DNA of 64,000 nucleotides, taken from positions 1,856,001 through 1,920,000 of the forward strand of contig CAXXVS010000003.1 of assembly GCA_963674755.2 (NCBI GenBank). The letters are read 5' to 3'. Positions 1-9,592 of this stretch are shown piece by piece. The stretch comes from Desulfobacterales bacterium (GTDB lineage: Bacteria > Desulfobacterota > Desulfobacteria > Desulfobacterales > UBA5852). The notes under the pieces were generated by a model. It had not been told where the DNA came from, made no database searches, and saw nothing but the letters and a program-made list of their open reading frames with translations. Positions within the stretch are counted from its first letter, which is position 1. Each line of letters begins with the position of its first letter. Both the position numbers and the translations under genes were made by a program.

Positions 1-32
1 ACAGCATCTATGACGTTGATTTTTTTCAGCAC
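1..32 (-). CDS. 5' end of a probable molybdopterin-binding (MoeA-like) protein running off the left edge
   Basis: GAGG RBS then GTG start giving MLKKINVIDA; lies downstream of fmdE in a Mo-enzyme operon; only about 10 codons visible. Confidence 0.35.
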   Translation of the reverse strand, partial: MLKKINVIDA

Positions 33-73
33 GGCGACCTCGCTTTCATCGGAATGAATGAGAGACGTTGGAT

Positions 74-769
74 CTAATGAAGCGCTATGATCTTTTTATG
101 GCGGTGTGGCGCAGCAACGGTGCGATACATACAACCACGCTGCTCCTCCAGTGGGGACCAGTTCATCCCCGCCCAGCTGATTTCACGAGTATGTGAAAAG
201 TAGCAGTTTTCGGAACATGGTTTGCAAACAGGCTGGTCGTTGTGCATGATCTCGCGGCGGTCGCGAATGATTTGACCACACCGGCTGCAGGCCACTTTGC
301 GCCGGGTGGGGCCCGGCAGATCGCAGGCGTCGAGGCGAACGTCCACCTTCTGGACCCGGAAAAGAACGCTGTCCGGCATGCGCCGGTAGGCCTCCAGCTG
401 CCGGGCGCTTTTGCCTTCGATCTCCGGTGCATAGACGGCGGCCAGATCACGGGACTCCTCGGTGGACAGCACCCGATAGGCGGCTCCTGTTCCCAGGTTG
501 AGAAATGTAGCCGCCATGATGCCGTAGTCCATGAATTTGAGGCTGCGTCTTCCCAGCTTGGCGCCGGTAACATGGGCCACGGCATCGGCCGTGCAGCGGT
601 CCATCTCCACATAGACGATCAGTTTCTTGATCTGGTCCCGGCGGGTGGGCTCGTCCAGCCCGATCAGGCGGCAGCCCAGCATGGCCATGCGAACGCCCAC
701 GACCTGGCCGGGGCACAGGTGACCATGCGCGGCGGCAGACTGATCCAATAGAATTTGAAATGGTTTCAT
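74..769 (-). CDS. FmdE-family protein with C-terminal zinc finger
   Basis: HGHLCPGQVVG and CTADAV motifs; C-terminal CSRC...CKPC. Confidence 0.85.
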   Translation of the reverse strand: MKPFQILLDQSAAAHGHLCPGQVVGVRMAMLGCRLIGLDEPTRRDQIKKLIVYVEMDRCTADAVAHVTGAKLGRRSLKFMDYGIMAATFLNLGTGAAYRVLSTEESRDLAAVYAPEIEGKSARQLEAYRRMPDSVLFRVQKVDVRLDACDLPGPTRRKVACSRCGQIIRDRREIMHNDQPVCKPCSENCYFSHTREISWAGMNWSPLEEQRGCMYRTVAAPHRHKKIIALH

Positions 770-788
770 GCGAGCTCGTTTCCTTTCA

Positions 789-838
789 GATGATGGCGTC
801 TGCGGCCACCTCAGCCTACGGCAGCAGACGCCGTCATC
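789..838. repeat. Intra-operon stem-loop between the torD-like and fmdE-like genes
   Basis: GATGATGGCGTCTGC ... GCAGACGCCGTCATC arms, near-perfect with one G-U pair. Confidence 0.6.
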
Positions 839-844
839 CTGGAT

Positions 845-1522
845 TCAATGCACGGTCGGCTCCCTTTGCTCCAAACGCAGGAACGCAGACAGCAAAGCGG
901 CCACTGCCTGGAAAAACGGCGTTTCCGCCTTTTTCGCCAGCTCCTCGCTGAAATCGCCGGCCCAGGGCAGCAGGTGCGTTTTTACAAATTGCTGCTGCTT
1001 GGTCAAAAGCCCCTCACTTTCGTCAAACCGCTCGGCAAGCATAGCCTCGGCCGTTTTTCGACAGATGTGCGCCATGAACGTCAATTCGGCGCCAATGTGA
1101 TCGGCAAAGTCGATACGGTCATATCGGGGTTCGAGGCCTTCCTCGCGATAACGGCGCTCCACCTCCCGGGCCTGGTGGCCCAAGATGCAGTTCCACTTCA
1201 CGCGGGCGCCGGCCTGGTTCCGGCCGCTGTAGCTCGATTCATATGGATGCGTGTAAATCGCCCCTGGGACGCGCATCAGCCCTTCAAAGTCCAATTCCAC
1301 CGCTTCGGTTGAAAGGTTTCCCGACCGGTAGCGGTCCACCAGATGATTCATCTTCTCCACGAGTTGCGGATCGTCGAAAAGGCCCTTGATGGATTCCGCT
1401 GCCCGGGGACCGGACAATTGGCGGATGGCTTCATCGGTCGGCGGGACGCTGAGCAGGCTTCCCAGCAGGTCGTAGACGTTCGAACGCGCCATTTGCCAAT
1501 CGATAGATTCCGTATGTTCCAT
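845..1522 (-). CDS. TorD/DmsD-family molybdoenzyme maturation chaperone
   Basis: PYESSY, ADHIGAELTFM and HLLPW motifs; directly after the catalytic subunit. Confidence 0.9.
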   Translation of the reverse strand: MEHTESIDWQMARSNVYDLLGSLLSVPPTDEAIRQLSGPRAAESIKGLFDDPQLVEKMNHLVDRYRSGNLSTEAVELDFEGLMRVPGAIYTHPYESSYSGRNQAGARVKWNCILGHQAREVERRYREEGLEPRYDRIDFADHIGAELTFMAHICRKTAEAMLAERFDESEGLLTKQQQFVKTHLLPWAGDFSEELAKKAETPFFQAVAALLSAFLRLEQREPTVH

Positions 1523-1533
1523 GATGATACTCC

Positions 1534-4368
1534 TTAAACCTTTTCAACGGCGACATAGGAGTCGAAAAACGAACTGCTGCCGCCGATGGGATCCTGAAGG
1601 CATACATCCTTCAGATAGGGATCGAGCAGCATGACCGGGTTGGCACTGCAGCCACGGCCGACAAACTTGCGGGAGGCCGTCTGCTTGCCATCCAGGGCAA
1701 AGGGTTTGCTGCCGTATTGCCAGTGACCCAGCGAATGGGGGATGCTTACGACACCGGGCCGCATGGCCTCGGTCACAAACGCCCTGCCCTTCACGCCTTC
1801 GGGATTAGAGACCGAATGGACGCGGACCAGATCACCATGCTTGATACCCAACTTTTCGGCGTCGCCGGCATACATCTCGACGCACTCCTCCGGGGTCAGA
1901 TCCATCAGCCAGCGGCTGGCGGCGGTGCGTGCCTGGGCATGAAACGATGGATGATAGGTGTTGACGAGGAGCGGGTATTTGTCGCGCTGCAGGTCGACGG
2001 GCCTTCCCATGGCATCTTTCAGAGGCTCATACAAAGGCAGTCCGTCATAGAATTCGCCGGTCATGGAGTCCCGTGTCGTCGCCAGTTTCTCACTGTAAAA
2101 AAAGCACGCATTTTTATAGGCATGCCGGGTATGATCGCCCTTGTGGGCCTTGCCGTGGTCCTCGAAGCGGCCGCCGCGATCCAGGACATACTTGACCTTT
2201 TCGGCCTCCGTGTTACCGGGAACGCTGTCGCCTTTCTTATCGCCGAAGGCAATGTTGGCCACCAGTTTATGATACCAGTGCTCGGGTTTCTCCAACGGAT
2301 CGCCGGGGCCGAAACCGTCTTTGCCGTAACCGGGAAGCCCCATTTTCAGGCCCAGGTCGATGAAGATTTCCTCTGTGGACTTGACATCCTTGGCCACGGG
2401 CGGGATGCATGGCTGCCGGACGCCGCTGGTCGTGGTGAGGATGGTGGGTGCCACGTGCGGCGTGCCCCAGTCTTCGAGAATATGAATGGTGGGCAGGATA
2501 TAATCGGCCCAGGCGGAAGTCTCCCCCATGACATAGTCGATGGCAATGAACAGGGGCAGCACTTTGGGGTCTTTGACCCCGTTGATCTGGTGGATGCCCG
2601 CCGGGCTTGAATAGGCCACGTTGTTCCAGTAGGTGATTAGGGCTTTCACCTGGTACGGATATTGGGCACCGATACTGGGAAAGACTTCCTGGTAGACGTT
2701 GTTGTAGGCGAATGGGAACCACTGGCGTTTGGCCGGATACCCGTTCTTTTTGAACTCGCTGCTGTCTTCGTAATGGGCTTTTTTCCGATCGATGGTGATG
2801 CCTTTGGCTTTGACGGCGCCCGGATGAAGCGCCTTGGCAAGGTTGTAGGGGTTGCCTTCCTTGCCGCCCATCTCATGCCAATGGGACCCGCCGTGGGCTT
2901 CACAGCCGCCTTTCCAGGAAACATTGCCGAGCAGGAAATTAAGCATGCCCAGCGTACGGGCGGTGTAGGTTCCGTTGGTGTGCTGAACCGGGCCGCGGTA
3001 AAAATCGGCGATCGCCCGCCTTCCATAGGAGCTGAATTCGTCGGCGGTTTGGGCGATGACCTTTGGGTCCAGCTCGCAGATGGCAGCGTATTCTTCCACC
3101 GTACGCTCAAAGATGCGTTCTTTCAGCATCGAAAAGACCGTTTTGACCGCGATGCCGTTGAGGTCGCCGGCGAACTCCAGATCGGCCATGGCCACCGACG
3201 CGCTGCCGTTCGCCTGGCCATCTGCCATGACCACGAATTCCTTATCTCCGGCATTCAGTCCGATATCTTCCGGCCGCAGGTATTTGCGATTGTCCTGACG
3301 AACCAGATGGGAGGCATCGCACCAGGTCAGGTGGCCGTCGATAGCGGAGGCCTTCTTGCCCGGGAAAGCCAGGTAGCGTTTGTCGATGCGGTCGTTTTCG
3401 ATCATCCAGCGCATCATGCCCATGGCAAAGGCCGCATCGGTCCCGGGAAGGATTGGGATCCACCGGTGGGCCTTGGCGGCCGAATTGGAAAACCGCGGAT
3501 CGACGATAACCAGCTTGCCCTCATTTTCCCGGAAAAAGTTGAGCTTGCGGGCCAACGCCTGCATGGGAAAATTGGCCTCATAAGGGCTGGTGCCGAAAAA
3601 GATGATGTATTGGGCGTTCATGATATCGGGTTTGATATGGTGCGATCCGTCAAAACACAGGTCCAGTCCGACATGGTGGGACGTTTCACAGATGGAGGTG
3701 TGGTCCAGCCGGTTGTTGACCGTACCGAAAGCGTTTTTGAACCAGCGGTCGGTAAACTCTTTTTTACCGTGTTCGATGCGGCCCGGCATGAAAACCACCG
3801 AATTGGCCTTGGAGCCCAGTTCGGGGGCTTGCGGGTCGATGGGGGTTTCGAGATCACGCAGGGCGGCCAATCCCTCCACATGGCCCTCTCCGAACAGATC
3901 CCCGCCGTTGACGATTTCATCATAGGCCTGTTCCCACGTGATGGTTTTCCATTTGCCTGAACCGCGTGCGCCGGCGCGTTTCAAGGGGTGAAGGAGTCGA
4001 TCCGGGTTGTAGAGCGTCTGAACGAGGGCACCGGCTTTGGCACAGGCCGTCCCTTCGAACTTGTCAGCGGCCCTGGGATCGGTGTCGTAGGGGAGATGCA
4101 GTTCCATCGTGTTGGGATGGTAGGGGTTGCCGCTGACCTTGGCCACCTTGCCGTCAACCACCTTGACCTGCAGGCCGCAGGCGCTGTGGCAGGCCAGACA
4201 GACCGTGCGAACCACTTTTACGTTATCGCCGTCTACCGGATCGACCTCAGGCGCACCGCTGATCCAGTCACCGGTTTTTTCGGCAGGTTTCATGCAGCCG
4301 GCGGTCGCCACCATGGCACCCAGTGCCAGAGCGGATTTGATGAATTTTCTTCTGTTATTCGAACCCAT
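1534..4368 (-). CDS. Molybdopterin oxidoreductase catalytic subunit, TtrA/SrdA-like (DMSO reductase family)
   Basis: Tat signal NRRKFIK with possible lipobox TAGC; CLACHSAC...C Fe-S motif; GNPYHP; GGDLFGEGHVEGL segment typical of TtrA; B-C-A gene order. Confidence 0.85.
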   Translation of the reverse strand: MGSNNRRKFIKSALALGAMVATAGCMKPAEKTGDWISGAPEVDPVDGDNVKVVRTVCLACHSACGLQVKVVDGKVAKVSGNPYHPNTMELHLPYDTDPRAADKFEGTACAKAGALVQTLYNPDRLLHPLKRAGARGSGKWKTITWEQAYDEIVNGGDLFGEGHVEGLAALRDLETPIDPQAPELGSKANSVVFMPGRIEHGKKEFTDRWFKNAFGTVNNRLDHTSICETSHHVGLDLCFDGSHHIKPDIMNAQYIIFFGTSPYEANFPMQALARKLNFFRENEGKLVIVDPRFSNSAAKAHRWIPILPGTDAAFAMGMMRWMIENDRIDKRYLAFPGKKASAIDGHLTWCDASHLVRQDNRKYLRPEDIGLNAGDKEFVVMADGQANGSASVAMADLEFAGDLNGIAVKTVFSMLKERIFERTVEEYAAICELDPKVIAQTADEFSSYGRRAIADFYRGPVQHTNGTYTARTLGMLNFLLGNVSWKGGCEAHGGSHWHEMGGKEGNPYNLAKALHPGAVKAKGITIDRKKAHYEDSSEFKKNGYPAKRQWFPFAYNNVYQEVFPSIGAQYPYQVKALITYWNNVAYSSPAGIHQINGVKDPKVLPLFIAIDYVMGETSAWADYILPTIHILEDWGTPHVAPTILTTTSGVRQPCIPPVAKDVKSTEEIFIDLGLKMGLPGYGKDGFGPGDPLEKPEHWYHKLVANIAFGDKKGDSVPGNTEAEKVKYVLDRGGRFEDHGKAHKGDHTRHAYKNACFFYSEKLATTRDSMTGEFYDGLPLYEPLKDAMGRPVDLQRDKYPLLVNTYHPSFHAQARTAASRWLMDLTPEECVEMYAGDAEKLGIKHGDLVRVHSVSNPEGVKGRAFVTEAMRPGVVSIPHSLGHWQYGSKPFALDGKQTASRKFVGRGCSANPVMLLDPYLKDVCLQDPIGGSSSFFDSYVAVEKV

Positions 4369-4371
4369 TGC

Positions 4372-5526
4372 TTAGGCCTCCTCGCTTTGGATGTTTTCAT
4401 AGGGCAGCATTTTGTAGCTGAGCACAAAGATGAGCAGGATGGCAGCCACCATGATGGCGGCGAAGATCAGCTTGTCCGGCTCGTACGGCACCTGCTCCAA
4501 CTGGAAGCTGGTCATGGGCAGCATCTGGCCCCCTATGAAAAGGTTGGCGATGCCGTAGAAGGCACCAACCATTGCCGCAAGGGCCGCTATCACTCTGAGC
4601 AGCCATTGATCGCGGCCGGATTTGAACAGCATCAGGACAAAGGGGAGCACGAGGCCGGCCCCCACCTGTAGGAACCAGAATTGACCGGAGCGCGGGCCGG
4701 ATACGAGGAGGTTGATCATCGCCTGCCCCCCCTGGCCCACGAATTTGAGCTGCATCAGGTAAATGGCCCAGATGAGCGCTTGGACCAGAAGGGCGTATTT
4801 GAAAAACCGGGCCAGGCCCGAAAGATACCGGTCTTGGTCTTTGAAATTGCTCGCAGATGCGCTGCCGAGAGCATTTTTTAGCTGCGCGAACAAAATCAGG
4901 AAGGCCGCCCCTGTGGAAAGCCCCTGGCCGATGAAGATAAAGATCATCACGGCCGAGTTCCAAGCCACACGTCCTTTAAACGAACTGAGCATGAATCCCA
5001 GATAGATCAGGCCGACGATGGACATGGTCACACTGGTGCTGGCCCAGAAGCGTTCTTTGCCGTGATGCCGCTGGCGGATTTCATCCGCTGTACCGTCGGC
5101 CAGGCCGCCGGTCAGCAGTTTATAAAGGCCGGCAAAGACAGACCCCTCCCGCGCCTTTACAACCATTTCCGGCAAGAAAAGATAATACGAGTGGAAGGCG
5201 TAGGAGATGATGCACAGCAGGACGACATAGAAGCCATAGGCCACCGGCGCCGTCCAGTTCCAGTTGTAGCTCATGGTCAATGCCCGTTCGGGATGACCAA
5301 GGTCGGCGATGAGAAAAAAGGAGACCAGCGAAAGGATGACAAAGGGGAGAAACGAGCCGACTTTTTCAAGGGGGCGATAGTTGTCCTGGCGGTAGTAGAG
5401 CCAGGAAAGATGGGATACGATGTGGGTGCCTTCGGCCAGAGCAAAAAAATACAGATAGAAGGCGATCAAATACCCCAGCGCCACACCGTGATTAATCCAG
5501 TGGATATGTTGGATCACTTCGTTCAT
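4372..5526 (-). CDS. NrfD/PsrC-family membrane anchor (TtrC-like)
   Basis: Multiple transmembrane helices; LIADLGHPER motif. Confidence 0.85.
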   Translation of the reverse strand: MNEVIQHIHWINHGVALGYLIAFYLYFFALAEGTHIVSHLSWLYYRQDNYRPLEKVGSFLPFVILSLVSFFLIADLGHPERALTMSYNWNWTAPVAYGFYVVLLCIISYAFHSYYLFLPEMVVKAREGSVFAGLYKLLTGGLADGTADEIRQRHHGKERFWASTSVTMSIVGLIYLGFMLSSFKGRVAWNSAVMIFIFIGQGLSTGAAFLILFAQLKNALGSASASNFKDQDRYLSGLARFFKYALLVQALIWAIYLMQLKFVGQGGQAMINLLVSGPRSGQFWFLQVGAGLVLPFVLMLFKSGRDQWLLRVIAALAAMVGAFYGIANLFIGGQMLPMTSFQLEQVPYEPDKLIFAAIMVAAILLIFVLSYKMLPYENIQSEEA

Positions 5527-5540
5527 AATCTTCCCTCCTG

Positions 5541-6251
5541 TTACAGTGCGGAATAATCGGCACCGAGTATGGCGGCGTCGGCGGCCACATAGTGAACCTT
5601 CGGACGGGTGTCCAGATCCGCCCGGATCGTCTGGGTCGAATGGGCATTCAGGTATTTGATGATCTCCGATTGAGGATCATTGAGGTCGCCGAAAATCCGT
5701 GCCCGCCCCGTGCATGCGGTCACGCAGGCCGGCTCCACGCCCGCGGTGATACGGTGGTAGCAAAAATCGCATTTGTCGGCCGTATTGGTTATGGGGTTGA
5801 AAAATCGGGCCCCGTAGGGACAGGCGTCGATGCACACGTGACAGCCGACGCATATTTCCCGGTCGACATGGACGACACCGTCTTCCTCGGTGCGGTAGGT
5901 GGCGCCGGTGGGGCACAGGTTCAGGCAAGGCGCATCTTCACACTGATTGCAAAGACGCGGCAGGAAATGAAAACTGGTGTCGGGGTAGCGACCCTTGGCG
6001 ATTTTTTTAACCCAACTGCGGTATTTGCCATCGGGCACATTGTTTTCACTCAGGCAGGCAATCGTGCAGCCGTGGCAGCAAGTGCAGCGGTTCGTGTCGA
6101 TCACCATGGCGTACTTCTTGGCACCCGCCGTGCTGGCTCCGGCACGCTTTTCAGGCTGAATCAGCAGTGCGCCTGCCCCCAGAGCCGTGGCACTGACGCC
6201 AAGACTGCCCAAAAACTGGCGCCGGTTAAGCTTTCTGTTGATTTGTCGCAT
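5541..6251 (-). CDS. 4Fe-4S dicluster electron-transfer subunit (TtrB/DmsB-like)
   Basis: Tat motif NRRQFL; four Cys clusters; start chosen at ATG after GGAGG RBS. Confidence 0.9.
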   Translation of the reverse strand: MRQINRKLNRRQFLGSLGVSATALGAGALLIQPEKRAGASTAGAKKYAMVIDTNRCTCCHGCTIACLSENNVPDGKYRSWVKKIAKGRYPDTSFHFLPRLCNQCEDAPCLNLCPTGATYRTEEDGVVHVDREICVGCHVCIDACPYGARFFNPITNTADKCDFCYHRITAGVEPACVTACTGRARIFGDLNDPQSEIIKYLNAHSTQTIRADLDTRPKVHYVAADAAILGADYSAL

Positions 6252-6352
6252 GCAAGTACCTCCCCTTGTTGTCCGATTGTTCAAGCACGTTTTCCATTGG
6301 CACTTATCTATATGGTTCGTTTAGTGGTCCACCTTAAGTGATGCCGTTTCAG

Positions 6353-6727
6353 TCATGCGTCGTGGCCCTCCTTCCGGATACTGTCGATCCAAAAAAACAG
6401 CTCGTCCGGATCGACCGGTTTGTTGATGCAAGCATAAATGTGGCCGCCAATCGCGTCCTCGAGCTCAGGGTGGAATCGCCGCTCCGAAAGGCAGAAAAAA
6501 TAAATGCCCGGGTTCTGCACGGTAAGATTGCGGATGGTCCGATTGTCCACCGGCACCGAATCGATATCGATGATGACCGCCATGATGTCGTCGTTGGCAA
6601 GCCTCTGATTCAGTTCATCAAGGGTCTCCAGAAGCTCGGACATACAGCCATTTCGCACGAGCAGTTGGCAAAGATCCTGACGCTGCCGCTCATTTGCATC
6701 GAGAACCAGGATGGTCGTTCCCCCCAT
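6353..6727 (-). CDS. Stand-alone response-regulator receiver domain protein
   Basis: ILVLD...IIDID...INKPVD receiver pattern; no output domain. Confidence 0.75.
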   Translation of the reverse strand: MGGTTILVLDANERQRQDLCQLLVRNGCMSELLETLDELNQRLANDDIMAVIIDIDSVPVDNRTIRNLTVQNPGIYFFCLSERRFHPELEDAIGGHIYACINKPVDPDELFFWIDSIRKEGHDA

Positions 6728-6810
6728 CCGATGCCCCTTCCCTGGATAGAAAGGCAACTTACTGAAAAATATGTGGTAAATTTGTTCTATGACTTAGTGG
6801 CATGATGTAT

Positions 6811-6826
6811 GGCAAAACACATGCCA
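6811..6826 (-). promoter_or_regulatory. Sigma54 (-24/-12) promoter of the oxidoreductase operon
   Basis: Minus strand TGGCATGTGTTTTGCC matches TGGCAY-N5-TTGC; adjacent gene encodes a GAFTGA activator. Confidence 0.85.
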
Positions 6827-6970
6827 CAGCTTTTGGAGTTGGCGATATGGTAGTGGGAGAGAGATGTAACTACCTGCTATGTTATAAAGATTGGCATATC
6901 TGGGATACATCCATCATTGGTCTCCGGGGGGAGGGTGCGGCCTTACCTCAGCTCGGAACCGCCTGTGTTG

Positions 6971-7086
6971 TGTCCAGAAATTGAGGCAGCAATAATTTCT
7001 TAAATAAAAATTTATTGTAATAATAGACAGATATACGTGTCCAAGATTTGTACACAGCTTCCTCGCGGGTCGGAGTGATTGGACAC
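6971..7086. promoter_or_regulatory. Probable upstream activator sites, imperfect TGTCCA-N5-TGGACA palindromes
   Basis: TGTCCAGAAATTGAGGC (6971), TGTCCAAGATTTGTACA (7038), GTCGGAGTGATTGGACA (7069), about 150-260 bp upstream of the sigma54 promoter. Confidence 0.6.
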
Positions 7087-7132
7087 TTTTTCCAACGGCT
7101 TGAAAAGAGCCTCGGGCACGGCCTGCCATGCC

Positions 7133-7281
7133 TTAACAGGCTGTGGCTAAACGGCGCCTCAGGTCGAAATGCGGCGTTGCGGGCCTCGCGTAAATGCTCA
7201 CAACTTCGTGGTTGCTGCGCTTTCCGCTTCGGTCCGCGCCTTGCATTTCGCCCCGATGCTTGTTTATCAACAGCCTGTTAA
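7133..7281. mobile_element. MITE-like palindromic element
   Basis: Terminal inverted repeats TTAACAGGCTGT...ACAGCCTGTTAA with TTAA on both sides; internal inverted repeats; no ORF. Confidence 0.6.
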
Positions 7282-7351
7282 ACGTCGCAGAGTATGACGG
7301 GGTGAAGGGGAGGGAATTGAGGATCCAGGCGCTTGGACGTCGGTTGCGTCT

Positions 7352-9592
7352 TCAGTGGATCGTTGGGGGCGCGATGCTGTATTTTTTTAGCTTGTTGTAA
7401 AGCGAACTACGGCTGATGCCCAGCTTATGTGCGGCCTGCTTCTTGTTCCAGTCGCATTCCGTCAGGGCATCGATAAGTTTTTCCTTTTCGGTCAGAGCAA
7501 TGGTGCGGCTCAAGGTTTTCGAAAGAACAGGCTGCTCGGCATCGGCTTGCTGGTGCTCAGCGATGCTGGGGGGCAAATCCGAAGGCGTAATGAGCGTTTC
7601 TTTGCAGAGCACGACCGCGTGCTCGATGCAATTTTCCAACTCGCGGACATTGCCCGGCCATCCGTAACCAAACAAATGACGCATGACCTCGGGCTCGAAT
7701 CCCTCGATGGATTTACCCTGTTCGGCGGCAAACCGTTTAAGAAAGTGCCTCGCCAGGAGAGGAATGTCGTTGCGCCGTCGGCGAAGGGTCGGCAGATTGA
7801 CCGGGATCACATTCAGACGGTAAAAGAGGTCTTCACGGAAACGGCCCTTCTGAACTTCGGTCACAAGATTGCGATTGGTGGCCGCCAGAACCCTGACGTC
7901 GACGCTCCGTGTCGTTTCGCCGCCCACCCGCTCAAATTTCCGGCTTTGGAGAATCCTGAGAAGCTTGATTTGGGCGGTAGATGAGATCTCGCCGATTTCA
8001 TCCAGGAAGACGGTGCCGCCGTCGGCCTGTTCGAAACGGCCGGGTTTCTGGCGGACAGCACCTGTAAAAGCGCCTTTTTCATGCCCGAACAGCTCGCTTT
8101 CCAACAGGGTGGCCGGGTAGGCCGAGCAGTTGATGACCATGAACGGCTTGCTGCGGCGCAGACTGCGTTCGTGAATGGCGCGGGCCACGAGTTCCTTGCC
8201 GGTTCCGCTTTCGCCCTGGATAAGAACTGTCGCATCCGAAGGCGCAACATCGTCGATCAGTTTGTAGAGTACCTGCATCTGGGGGTCGCGCCCGACCAAA
8301 CCCCCGAATCCGGACGTATGATCGAACTGGGCTTTCAAGGCCAAGACTTCCTCTTCCTGAAGAATTGTCCGGCGCAGGGCGCCGGCCCCCTGTTCCAGCA
8401 TCATCTGGAGCACGCTAAGCTCCTTGGTGATGCACTTGCACTCGCTCGGGCAGGCGACTGTCATAGCCCCCTGCAGTTCATCTTCATAATGGATGGGGAA
8501 AACGACGACGCTTTTGGCGTTGGCTGTCAGTCCCGCCTCCATTGGCAGAGGGATGGCCGGCGTGTCGCGAACGAAGGATGCCTTTTCGATCTGGCTGACG
8601 TAGCCGTAGGCGGCGCGGCTGGGTTCGCCATCCATTGTAACCAGTTTATCGGTGCTGAAGCGAAAGATCCGTTCCCCGCCGTTGCCAAACGCAAAAAGCT
8701 GCATGTTGCGGCAAGTGACGACATCCTGAAGCTTATGGACCAAGTAGCGGCAGACATCGCCAAGATTGGGCAGGACGCTTATTTCCCGCGAAATCTCGAA
8801 AGATGCCCTGATCTGCTGATGGGATCGATCCAGTTCGGCATTTTTGCGTTGCAATCGCTCGGCGTAATCGGTCAGCTTGCCGGTGTGCCCCTTGATGCGC
8901 AAGAGCATTTGATTGAAGGCCTGGGATAGTTTGGCAACCTCGATGTCGCCGGCGACGGGTACGTTGACGTCCAGGTTGCCTTCGTCGATCCTGTCGACCG
9001 TGTCGGCCAGCACTTGCAGCGGCCGCGTGATACGACGAATCAAGAAGTGGCTCAATAGAAGCGCAACCGCAAGGATGAGGAGGGTCAGCAGGCTCATCTG
9101 AATGCGCAGACCCATGATTTTCTGGCGGTAGGGTGTTTCGGAAACGCCTAGGCGGATGAAACCGGCCTTGCCCTCGAATATGGGCCAGGCCACGTCGAAA
9201 AAACGTTCCCCCTCTTCGTTTAGTACCCACCTCAGGCTGCCTTTGTCGCTTTCTTGAAAATCCTTGTTCGCAATCAAGCCCCTAGGAACGCCGTTGGGGA
9301 AGGTATGTGTTAATACTCGGTCGTCCCTGACCACGAAGATGTACGTGACAAAAGGGGTGCTGATCATCTGGTCCTCGATCAGCTTCTGGAGGGCCACACG
9401 ATCGTTGATGAGAATCTTGTCGGCGGCGGCCAGCGCCAGGTTGCGGGCGATGTTCTCGGTTTCGGCATAAGCATCGTGCATGATGCGTTCGCCATAATAG
9501 TGGGCCACCAACTGGGATGTCAGCGCCCCGATGCCGACAGCCACCAGGGCCACGGTCAGCAGCAGTTTTTTACTGAGGCTTCGCGGCAGCAT
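7352..9592 (-). CDS. Membrane-anchored sigma54-dependent activator (TM-periplasmic-TM-HAMP-GAF-like-AAA+-Fis HTH)
   Basis: Two TM segments; HAMP (ITRPL...LSQAFNQM); GESGTGKE; GAFTGA; FLDEIGE; WPGNVREL; C-terminal HTH. Confidence 0.9.
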   Translation of the reverse strand: MLPRSLSKKLLLTVALVAVGIGALTSQLVAHYYGERIMHDAYAETENIARNLALAAADKILINDRVALQKLIEDQMISTPFVTYIFVVRDDRVLTHTFPNGVPRGLIANKDFQESDKGSLRWVLNEEGERFFDVAWPIFEGKAGFIRLGVSETPYRQKIMGLRIQMSLLTLLILAVALLLSHFLIRRITRPLQVLADTVDRIDEGNLDVNVPVAGDIEVAKLSQAFNQMLLRIKGHTGKLTDYAERLQRKNAELDRSHQQIRASFEISREISVLPNLGDVCRYLVHKLQDVVTCRNMQLFAFGNGGERIFRFSTDKLVTMDGEPSRAAYGYVSQIEKASFVRDTPAIPLPMEAGLTANAKSVVVFPIHYEDELQGAMTVACPSECKCITKELSVLQMMLEQGAGALRRTILQEEEVLALKAQFDHTSGFGGLVGRDPQMQVLYKLIDDVAPSDATVLIQGESGTGKELVARAIHERSLRRSKPFMVINCSAYPATLLESELFGHEKGAFTGAVRQKPGRFEQADGGTVFLDEIGEISSTAQIKLLRILQSRKFERVGGETTRSVDVRVLAATNRNLVTEVQKGRFREDLFYRLNVIPVNLPTLRRRRNDIPLLARHFLKRFAAEQGKSIEGFEPEVMRHLFGYGWPGNVRELENCIEHAVVLCKETLITPSDLPPSIAEHQQADAEQPVLSKTLSRTIALTEKEKLIDALTECDWNKKQAAHKLGISRSSLYNKLKKYSIAPPTIH

